Shown here piece by piece: positions 1 to 10,779 of a stretch of DNA of 64,000 nt. Positions within the stretch are counted from its first letter, which is position 1. Every line of letters begins with the position of its first letter. The notes beneath the pieces are model-generated. The model was not told where the DNA came from. It saw nothing but the letters and a program-made list of their open reading frames with translations, and made no database searches. This DNA is from Lingula anatina (Eukaryota > Animalia > Brachiopoda): positions 17,444,534 through 17,508,533 of the forward strand of contig CM120644.1 of NCBI GenBank assembly GCA_051362555.1, written 5' to 3'. The translations under genes were made by a program, and so were the position numbers.

Positions 1-3000
1 GAAGACTACTAGCAACCATGGATGTCGGCACACAGACAGATGAATGTAAGTATTAAATAATTGTCACTTTTCAATTTTAAAAGAATGTGCACACTGTCCC
101 TATCCCCCCCCCTTTCATTTTTTCATTTTCAGTTTCTTTTTCACTGACTGTCTGTCTGCTTGTCTGTCTGTCAGTCCGTCTGATTGTGGTGTTGGCTCAC
201 TGTTAAAATACACTTTATCAATTGTAATGCAATTGAAGTATGACAGCACTGTTGTCCATTACTCATTGAGTCACGTCAGTTTCAGAGAATACTGGACATG
301 GGGGTCAGACTGAACAAGCAGTCCACTCAAGTGATTGTACCAGAGGCCGGACACCCTGTGGCCCGTGTGGCCCCACTAACCAGTGTGATCAAGTGTGATT
401 ACAGTCTGGACAAGGATAACAACACCAGGAAGATAAATAGAACACTTGCTGTCTGTAATTTGCCATAGCGAACAACGCAATTATATAGTAACAGCTTCTA
501 AACACTGCATATTGTAATTACAACACAAAGTTAATTTAATTTATTATTATAAATTATCATCTAACAATCTTAGGTATTCAGAATTATAGCTGCTATTGGA
601 AATTGATACGTGAATCATTGTTTTTGGCGTATACCAAATTGTTGATAAAATTTCGGTCATACTGTTGATATAAGCAACTTTATGTTTTGGCAGTGCGTGA
701 TTCTTTCGTCTAATTTCTTTAAGAAAATTTGCAAGGGCCACATATTTAGATAAATAGTATTTCTAGACGTCTCTTAGTAATTGAAAAATTGCTTAATATT
801 GACTTTGTTATATGGGGCTAGAAAATTGAAGGAATACCAGCATAGAAAATGTAACTTAATTGCTTTTTATAAATAAAGTTTGATATTCTAGTATTGCTCA
901 TGCCAAATTTGTCCAAAAGCTGTCAGTAACCCAAGTGCCATTTTTAGGCATTTTTGTTTTCTTTAACTTATGTTTCATTAATTTATTAATATTTTACATA
1001 AAACTAGAAATGGTACTGAAATGGTCATACATGTACAGAGGCGGATCCAGCATTTTTTGAAGGGGGGGGGGGGGGGGGGGGTCTGCGGATGCGAAACAAT
1101 CAAGCATCATGCAGGGCGGACGCTTAGTATGGATTTAATTTCTACGAGAAGTTTCATAAATTAAAAAACCTTATTTTATTCGACTTTTAATATGATATAC
1201 TGTTTGGAGCAGAATGCTACTACCCAAAGCAAACATAACACTTCGTACTAAACGTCGTCCCTGCAAATTAACAAGCAGACAAACGTCGGATAGGAGGCAA
1301 TCTTGGAGTGGGTGTGGGGCTGTATGTGTCGAACACGAAACGTGTCTCCGAGTAAGACGCTTCTGGAATCTTCGTAAACGGTACATAGAGTCACTGGAAA
1401 TAAAGGAATAAATTCACATCCATAACATAATGTCTAAAGACGTTAGGTTATAATTAACAAATCGCAATTAAGCTTTGAAATTATACAAATATATACAGTG
1501 TACATATTAAAATTGACACCGCAATAGATATCGCGCTTAAATGATAGCATTGTCTAGGAACGAGTGCACAGAAGATTGTTGATGTTTGACACCAAATCGA
1601 ACAGTAACCACTTTTTTGTTTGTAAGATTCCTGGCTATTTTGCTAATCGATATTTTTTAATTTTATAATTATCCTTGCAAGAAATCCAAAAATAAACACC
1701 ATACATGGTAAATTGTGGGAAATTAGTGTTACCAGCTGTGTATTGAAAACATAACTTTTCTTAAGCAGCTTTTATTTATTTGGACTTTTCCTTTTATTCG
1801 CCCACTCGCACCGACTTTGGGTACCCCAGAGGATGTTGTCCATAAAAATAATAAATTTTCCCCAACCACCAAAAAGAATGCTGGCTCCCTATTAAATTTT
1901 CTGTTGTGAGCGAGCTATAGCGATTCTCAAATGACGCTATGTTTGCAGGTGCATGCGTTTATTGAATGCGTCCAAGAATGAACAGGGGATGACCCAAAAC
2001 CTAACCAAGTTGTACGGATCAATAGATTATCCGTAACCCCGTTGCACCGATCAAGAGGACGCTTTTCTTTGCGTAAGGAGTATATTGTGGTGTATATGTG
2101 GTATGCTGAATGGCTTTTGTTCCTTATCCGAAACTCACAAGTAACGAACATAAAGGCCCCGAACCCCAGGTCCTACCCGTTGTAAACGCGTGTAAACAAA
2201 AAAACGAAACGAAACGTAGCCCTAAGCAGGATGAAGTTGAGAGAGAGAGAGAGAGAGAGAGAGATTAATTATACATTAATATATCTTTTCCAGAGAATCC
2301 TAGACGCTCGGGAATCATCGCATACAGAGATGTTGGTACAGATATGACCAGCACTGGAGGTAGAAATGGTCACATATTTTTTAAACCGTATACATTTATT
2401 CATTGTCCAGTGTTTGCCTATCATGATAAAACAACACTAGCTCTCACATTAACTTCTGCCGTTGGCAGTCATTCATCACAAAAAATACAAACTTTTTCAC
2501 ACCGTTGTACTATACTTACAGGACCCACAAGACTGAATGGCAGACTACTAGCAACAATCGATGTCGGCACACAGACAGATGACTGTAAGTATTAAATAAT
2601 TGTCACTTTTCAATTTTAAAAGAATGTGCACACTGTCCCTATCTCTCTCCCCTTTCATTTTTTCATTTTCAGTTTCTTTTTCACTGACTGTCTGTCTGCT
2701 TGTCTGTCTGTCAGTCCGTCTGATTGTGGTGTTGGCTCACTGTTAAAATACACTTTATCAATTGTAATGCAATTGAAGTATGACAGCACTGTTGTCCATT
2801 ACTCATTGAGTCACGTCAGTTTCAGAGAATACTGGACATGGGGGTCAGACTGAACAAGCAGTCCACTCAAGTGATTGTACCAGAGGCCGGACACCCTGTG
2901 GCCCGTGTGGCCCCACTAACCAGTGTGATCAAGTGTGATTACAGTCTGGACAAGGATAACAACACCAGGAAGATAAATAGAACACTTGCTGTCTGTAATT

Positions 3001-5636
3001 TGCCATAGCGAACAACGCAATTATATAGTAACAGCTTCTAAACACTGCATATTGTAATTACAACACAAAGTTAATTTAATTTATTATTATAAATTATCAT
3101 CTAACAATCTTAGGTATTCAGAATTATAGCTGCTATTGGAAATTGATACGTGAATCATTGTTTTTGGCGTATACCAAATTGTTGATAAAATTTCGGTCAT
3201 ACTGTTGATATAAGCAACTTTATGTTTTGGCAGTGCGTGATTCTTTCGTCTAATTTCTTTAAGAAAATTTGCAAGGGCCACATATTTAGATAAATAGTAT
3301 TTCTAGACGTCTCTTAGTAATTGAAAAATTGCTTAATATTGACTTTGTTATATGGGGCTAGAAAATTGAAGGAATACCAGCATAGAAAATGTAACTTAAT
3401 TGTTTTTTATAAATAAAGTTTGATATTCTAGTATTGTTCATGCCAAATTTGTCCAAAAGCTGTCAGTAACCCAAGTGCCATTTTTAGGCATTTTTGTTTT
3501 CTTTAACTTATGTTTCATTAATTTATTAATATTTTACATAAAACTAGAAATGGTACTGAAATGGTCATACATGTACAGAGGCGGATCCAGCATTTTTTGA
3601 AGGGGGGGGGGGGGGGGGGGTCTGCGGATGCGAAGCAATCAAGCATCATGCAGGGCGGACGCTTAGTATGGATTTAATTTCTACGAAAAGTTTCATAAAT
3701 TAAAAAACCTTATTTTATTCGACTTTTAATATGATATACTGTTTGGAGCAGAATGCTACTACCCAAAGCAAACATAACACTTCGTACTAAACGTCGTCCC
3801 TGCAAATTAACAAGCAGACAAACGTCGGATAGGAGGCAATCTTGGCGTGGGTGTGGGGCTGTATGTGTCGAACACGAAACGTGTCTCCGAGTAAGACGCT
3901 TCTGGAATCTTCGTAAACGGTACATAGAGTCACTGGAAATAAAGGAATAAATTCACATCCATAAAATAATGTCTAAAGACGTTGGGTTATAATTAACAAA
4001 TCGCAATTAAGCTTTGAAATTATACAAATATATACAGTGTAGGGGAGACCGGGGCACGTTCGGCCCCCGGGCACGTTTGGCTTTCACTCGTATTTTCCAC
4101 AATTAACACTTTTGGTCCAGCAGCGACCCCTTTACGTGTCACTTGATCTATTTAGCGGGTCCTACAAAAATAAGGCTTCTGTGGTGCACTCCGTTCGGAA
4201 GATATGATTGAAAAACATATTTTTCACGGGTTAAATTTTTTACGGGTTTTTTTAATTTGGGTCTACTTTAGCATTAATTAGTTGACTTACTGTCACCAAT
4301 GCATTATAATATAAGAGCATATAGAAAGCCAATTTAAATGAGGTATGGCACCACACTGTCGTCTTCTTAATTATGTTGCTATGGTAACATACATTCGGAA
4401 TGCAGGCTTGGGGCAAGTTCGGCACCTCAAGGTGGGGCACATTCGGCCCCTGGGTTGTGTACGTTCGGCCTGGGGCCGAACGTGCCCCGTGGCTTTGGCG
4501 AAAGACGATCTAAAGATTATTATTTTTAAGCCCAAAAAGTTTGTTATATGCTAACATTTCAGCGCCATTAATGGGGTTAAAACTTAAGCTTGTATCTTCA
4601 CATTTTAATTGTCGCGTTTTTTCAACCACGCATGAAGCCTTTAATGCAAATATTTAATACATGTACATATCATTAACTTATATTTTCCAGAGAAACACTA
4701 TGGCATCTGGCCGGAAATATTAACATTGTTTAAAGATCACTGGAGTTGTTATCTAGTTTTTTTTAAAATATTTCCTTAACGTGACATTATTTCAAACAAA
4801 TTGTGTATGTTATTATGTTCTTTGTGATTAAAGTTGATGTTTTGCGTTTGAATGCTTTGTTGGGTTTCAAATATTAGAAAGTTTTCCCGTTGGATTAAAT
4901 GTGGGGTTTCAAAACTGACGTAGGTTGGTTCCTTCATGTTCTGTAATTGATATACATGAGAAGTACAAAGACCTATGCATTAAAAAATAGAAGTTCAATA
5001 TATGTAGTTCCAGGACAAACGTACCAAACAAACAATTTCAATTAGGCCTACATATCTTTCTAAAACCTAACTATATTACTTATTTCAAGTATATCGTCAC
5101 TGTTTAGCACCAAAACACCTATTTTTAAGGTATTCATGTGAAATGGAAATAAAAGAAATCGGTAGGAAAGTATTTGAATTTGCAGGCCGAACGTGCTCCA
5201 TCGAGAGGCCGAACGTGCCCCAGGCCGGGGCACGTTCGGCCACGTGTTGGAAATTTATTTCATGTTAAATTTCTTAAAAACGCAAGGTCTTCTTTACATT
5301 TGACCAATGTATAAAAAAAGGAAATTTAGCAGTCTATCTACTCAAAACACCTCATTGAGATTCGTCGTCAAACAGCTGAACTACAACCGATCAAAGGAAA
5401 AGGGGCCGAACGTGCCCCGGTCTCCCATACATATTCAAATTGACACCGCAATAGATATCGCGCTCAAATGATAGCATTTGTCTAGGAACGAGTGCACAGA
5501 AGATTGTTGATGTTTGACACCAAATCGAACAGTAACCACTTTTTTGTTTGTAAGATTCCTGGCTATTTTGCTAATCGATATTTTTTAATTTTATAATTAT
5601 CCTTGCAAGAAATCCAAAAATAAACACCATACATGG
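1..5636. repeat. Recent tandem segmental duplication, period ~2540 bp; 1-1707 is repeated at ~2540-5636, where the second copy is interrupted by a MITE
   Basis: Near-identical sequence at offset 2540, e.g. the identical 64-aa ORFs at 547-741 and 3087-3281. Alignment resumes after the 4042-5427 insertion and ends at 'catacatgg' (1707 / 5636). Confidence 0.92.
4042..5427. mobile_element. Non-autonomous TIR transposon with TA target-site duplication (Tc1/mariner-pogo type MITE), ~1.39 kb
   Basis: Termini GGGGAGACCGGGGCACGTTCGGCCCC / GGGGCCGAACGTGCCCCGGTCTCCCA (one terminal mismatch) flanked by TA on both sides. The empty site tatacagtgTAcatatt is present in the sister copy at ~1491-1508. The GGGCACGTTCGGCC motif recurs internally in both orientations. 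No transposase ORF. Confidence 0.9.
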
Positions 5637-5799
5637 CGTTACGGTGGATAGATTTGCAAAGCATGGGAATCAGGAGCGACATAAGACGTGGAGGGTTTAC
5701 AAGAGTATCCAAGTCTTTGGCAAATTCAGAATAAGACACATATAAAAAGGGAAAAGGTTACGCAGAAATGAGTGTACTTGAAATGACTTTTTATAACCA

Positions 5800-8700
5800 C
5801 TTAAAAGAAAGCTGGAATGCTGGCGCCTTATAGTACTCTGTAGCATGTGCGAGATATCGCTATTCTCAATTTACGCTATGCTTTCAAGGTCGTCTAGAAT
5901 CGACGCATGTACGGGTCGTTAGGTCGCTTTGTGTGGTATGTGTATGTTGACTGGCTTTTGTCGGCAACCGAAGCTAAAAAAAGTATTGAATGGAAAAGCC
6001 CCGAACCCCAGCCCCTATCCGTTGTAAACTCGGCTCAACGTAAGAAGAATACGAAACGTGGCCCTGATCAGGATAAACTTGTGAGTGAGTGAGTGAGTGA
6101 GTGAGAGAGAGAGAGGAGAGAGAGAGAGATGACCAGTACTGGAGGTAGGAAGGGGGCTGTGGTCACATATTTTGTTTAAAAAACGCAAAAAATTATATTA
6201 TTGTCCAGTGTTTGCCTATCGTGGTAAAACAACACTTGCTCTCACATTTACTTCTGTCGTCGGCAGTCATTCATCACAAAAAATACAAAAATTTTCACAC
6301 CCTTATATCATACTTACAGGACCCACAAGACTGAATGGATTAATATAGCTTTAATATTGTCTCTCTTCTATGGGTTAGAAAACTGAAAGAATACCAGCAT
6401 AGAAAATGTAACTTAATTGCTTTTTAATAAACAAAGTTTGATATTCTAGTACTGTTCATGCCAAATTTGTCCAAAAGCTGTCAGTAACCCAAGTGCCATT
6501 TTAAGGCATTTTTGTTTGCTTTAATTTATTTTTCATTCATTCACTAATATTTTACATTAAATTTTACTTTTGGGGTGGGTTGGGGTGGTAGCTTATTTGT
6601 CATGTTTAGTAGCTACTGGCTTTTGTAAGAAAATACCACCTTTCTTTGGGCATTTTTCCATTTTAATCTTTTAAGTCATCTTGCTCAGCACCGAACCCTA
6701 GACCTCCATAATAGAACGCTATATGCTGTCTACATTGAAAATGACGTATCCGTAAACACTAATGGTACTGAAATGGGCATACATGCACAGGGGCGGATCC
6801 AGCAGTTTTGAAGGGGGGGAGGGGGGCGTGGATGCGAAGTCTTTACTTTCAATTTTCAATTTATTAAACCTTTGAGCCCTACGGCTCATCAGAAAACTTT
6901 CAGAAGACTTATTCCCTACTGAAAATTGGACTTTGGGACAGCTCAAGTGATTTTGAAAACATGGAATGCAAAAGGCTATGACTTACGTAATTCCTACATA
7001 AATATTTTAATAGACGAATGATAGCTAATTGAAGTTCATTTCACGTTTTTTGTTTTTGACACTTCTGTTTTGTTATTTAAGTACAAACGACATACACGAT
7101 AAATGTTATTCAAAGTTTGCTAAATGCATTTTACGTAATGCGGTTGAAGTCGACATTTAAAATGAATAAGAGTATATCTTGAAGTGCACAGTTGCAGAAT
7201 TGGTCACACATAAATTTCATTGACAAATAAAATAATAATAATAATAATAATAATAAAACATTTCTTTCCTCGGAAATTAATATATGATAGATTTAAAAGA
7301 ATCCCTTTATCATTTTTATGCAGACATTATTTCTGTTAAATTAGAAATTCAAATCTAACGTTTCAGGTTCGGAAAGGGGCGGTTAAACCCCCTTTACACT
7401 GGACGGCGTCCTTTCTGCGTCCTTTCTGCGACCATGAAACTGGCCAGGACGCCGTCGGACGCTCAAAGAACGCACAGTGATCGCCAAGGTCGCACAAAGA
7501 ACGTTCAAGCATCGCCGAGGACGCCATGGACGCCGCGAAGATTTGAGCATGTTCAAAACAATCGCAGAGAGAACGCGATGGAGGATGGTCGCTCAATGGA
7601 CGCAGAAAGGACGCACAAGCATCGCCGTGGTCGCAGAGAGGACGCACAAGCATCGCCGCGGTCGTAGAAAGGAGGCACAAGCATCGCTTTGGTTGCAGAA
7701 TGAAAACTCAAAGATCGTCCAGTGTTCGGCACGTAAAACATTTTTTTTTTCACTCTCAAACGGGGCCGTGCTGAGGTATTTTTCACCAGACAGGAATTCT
7801 AAGGGCAACAGTGGTCTCATATCAGCCTCCGATTGTTTTTTCCCCTAAAATTCATGAAATGATCCTTTTTTTTTTTTTTTTTTTTTTTTTGAGGTTATTA
7901 TAAAACGAATATTTTGCCTTTTTTTCAAGATGCATTAATTGCCAGAACTTTTTGCAGAATGCGTCATTTGAAAACGGATTCAAATATTCTATGCTGTGTC
8001 AGTCACACTTTTTCGTTTTCGGCGCCTGTCCATCCTTCTTATAAGGATAACAATTAGCATCTGGCTGATTATCAGTCCTTGCATCAATATAGTTTAAAGC
8101 CATTTATTTGTTTTGTGTGCTGGAAATGTTCTTTATTGGATAACCTGGTTAGAACCGATGAAAAAATATGACTTAGAATATAGAGGACGCCCAAACAACG
8201 CTCATCGGTCAAGCAGGATGCAGAATGATCGTAGAATAGACGCCACTGATCGCCGATGAAGGTACAGAGAACGCAGCAAGAATGCTTAATGGTCGCTCTA
8301 ACATCGCAATGGACGCCTTGGGTTGCACAGGGGACGTACAGTGGAGGCAGGCAGGTTGCTCGCAGTTTTACAGGTAAAATCAAGATTCGGTCGTTCAAAG
8401 GACGCACAAGGGACGCAGACGCCTTTACACTGAGACACGATTTAATTGCTTTGGCGACCGTTGAGCGTCCTGACCACGTTTTTGAACGCAGAAGGGACGC
8501 AGAAAGGACGCCGTCCAGTGTAAAGGAGCCCTTATCAACCCCGACCCTAGAGTATACATATAGATTACCCTTATAACACTATGAACAGATAGAACAGAGT
8601 ACAACGACATAGTAATATACAATTACCAAAAGAAGTAAACCAGCATCATGCAGGGCGGACGCTTAGTATGGATTTAATTTCTACGAGAAGTTTCATAAAT

Positions 8701-9244
8701 AAAAAGCTTATTTTATTCGACTTTTAATTTGATATACGTTTTGGAGTAGAACGTGACAACCAAAAGAAAACAAAACATTCCGTACTAAACGTCGTCCCTG
8801 CAAATTAACGAGCAGACAAACGTCAGGAGGCGATCTTGGCATGGGTGACGGGCTCTATGTGTCGAACACGAAACGTGTCTCCGAGTAGGACGCTTCTGGT
8901 GTCTTCGTAATCGGTACACAGAGTCACTGGAATTAAAGGAAAAAATCACAAGATGCTGCTGCCGGTTTCAGTGCCATCTTTTTGGTCTACATGTGGCAGT
9001 AGCAGAAACATAGCATGGGACGTCCTTCTTCTCCATCTTCTACTGACCTTGGTTCTATCTGAGCACCTCTCACCAAAACGCTCACCTGATTTACATATAT
9101 AATGATGAAGAGGTCACCTACTCTCCGTGCGGACGCTTCGGTTTGAATTATAGTCTGGTTTGTGAGAAAGCACAATAAATCTTCCTCTCGAAAAGAGGAT
9201 TGATGGTTGATAAAGTCATAATGACACACACACAACAACAAAAA

Positions 9245-9279
<35 letters not shown>

Positions 9280-10061
9280 AACGCATTTTCAAAGTCAACA
9301 TACTTGATATTGCCTGACTGGACATAACAAGCCTTCATAGATTGAGAACGAACTAGGGCGGGATAAATTGTGATAGAGAAGTCTGGATTTTCATTCAATC
9401 TTAGGGAACAGCGTAACCGTAGGTTATTGATGTGTCTTTCTTTCTTTCTGCTTCTTGAAACATAGATGGACACTTTTAAAGGAACGCGTTTAAGTTTCAC
9501 AAGTTTGAATTGTTTTTTATGTTACATACACGTGTAATTTTCCATTAGTAAACTCTGCAGAGTTAACATTTTAACTGTCTATTCACGAATAAAAGACATT
9601 AAAACTGTGCAAAATAATTTAAAGGATTGGTGTCTATTTGTTCTATATCAGCAACTATTATTTTTTGGCAGAAAAGGTAGATATGGGGCGACAGATTCCC
9701 GCTTTTGCCTGGAAAAGGTTTACTCTGATTAAAATTTTATCTAGGGTCATCAAGGTCCATTTCTTTCAGAAAAAGAACCCCCGCCCCCCAGCCAAAAGAC
9801 AAAGAGACAATAATTTAAATGTGGTATTTTGTATGTTTTGTCATTAAGAAAAGAACGTTTGTGCAAATTTGGCAGTGCAGATTTGTGGGAATTCTGTATT
9901 TTTCCCCAGACTACTATTGCTTACTCATTTTTAATTTCGGCATGCCTGTTTTCAAATAAAGGTGGCATTTGCTTCTACTTGTTAGGAATGCGACTTTTGC
10001 TACAGATAATAGATATCACACTTAAATGATAGTATTTATCTGGGAACGAGTGCACAGAGGA
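5800..10061. repeat. Older, diverged and fragmented third copy of the ~2.5-kb unit
   Basis: Blocks 5810-6340, 6370-6560, 6760-6840, 8640-8950 and 10008-10060 match 1870-2540, 810-1000, 1010-1095, 1105-1415 and 1523-1572 in the same order, with deletions and TE insertions between them. Confidence 0.75.
7387..8531. mobile_element. Non-autonomous TIR element, PIF/Harbinger-like, ~1.14 kb
   Basis: Inverted ends CCTTTACACTGGACGGCGTCCTTTCTGCGTCC / GGACGCAGAAAGGACGCCGTCCAGTGTAAAGG with TAA/TTA flanks. GC-rich internal short repeats (CGCACAAGCATCGCCG). The superfamily is inferred from TIR style and the exact ends are uncertain by a few bases. Confidence 0.75.
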
Positions 10062-10667
10062 CACCCTGAGCTTCAGAGCTAACTTGACACTAACCTTTTC
10101 ACTGTAGCCTATCTCCATCGTGTCAAGTAACCTCTGACGAAAATAGTTTGACCTAGTTTAAATAAGCCAATCGAATCCATGTTTCAAAATTTTTCACCAA
10201 AGTTTGGTGAAAACGCTGATTGGTTGATCGTCAATCGGCAATCCTCGGCTTATTCCGCAAGCTCCATACTAACAACATAGTTATTGGCGAGTGCGGAGAC
10301 ATCCGAGTAGTTCCGAGTGCATAACCGTACACAAAGAAAGCAATGGAGTATATCGGAATTGAAACCAGAGCAGTTTGATGCCCTGCATCATTATCTACTG
10401 AGGGATGATGTATTTTGCGTGCTGCCCACAGGTTACGGCAAGTCCCTGATATTCAGCCTTATCTTTGATTGGTCCGGATTTGAACAAAGCGCGCTTTGAC
10501 TCGTTCGCGTTCATTGGCTAGATCGTTCAATGAGTCATTGAGTGCGGGCTTTAAATTTGATTGGCGGGCGGCGGGAGCACTCGAATCTGGTCAGAGGTTA
10601 CTTGACACGATGGAGAATAGGCTACAGTGAAAAGGTTAGTGTCAAGTTAGCTCTGAAGCTCAGGGTG
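10062..10667. mobile_element. Non-autonomous DNA transposon with ~75-bp TIRs, 8-bp TSD and an internal RecQ-like helicase fragment
   Basis: TIR CACCCTGAGCTTCAGAGCTAACTTGACACTAACCTTTTCACTGTAGCCTAT... inverted at 10590-10667. TSD ACAGAGGA at 10054-10061 and 10668-10675. Internal + strand peptide LKPEQFDALHHYLLRDDVFCVLPTGYGKSLIF. Confidence 0.9.
10359..10460 (+). pseudogene. RecQ-family SF2 helicase fragment (Q motif plus Walker A) inside the transposon
   Basis: LKPEQ...DVFCVLPTGYGKSLIF matches the RecQ N-terminal pattern (xxPxQ...D+++++PTGxGKS). The ORF stops shortly afterwards at 10499. Confidence 0.7.
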
Positions 10668-10779
10668 ACAGAGGATAATTATAATGAATAACTTATACAT
10701 GTAAGTCTGTAATGACCCGCGCGACCTTATTACAATAACAAATGAAAAAAAAAATGTTTATTGATAGTAGTAATAGTTC

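Noticed and set aside
547-741. 64-aa ORF identical at 3087-3281
   Set aside because: Identity is explained by the recent duplication. No motif is recognisable and it is absent from the third copy.
7363-8622. Several overlapping 65-123 aa ORFs
   Set aside because: They arise from GC-rich internal repeats of the MITE and show no recognisable domain.
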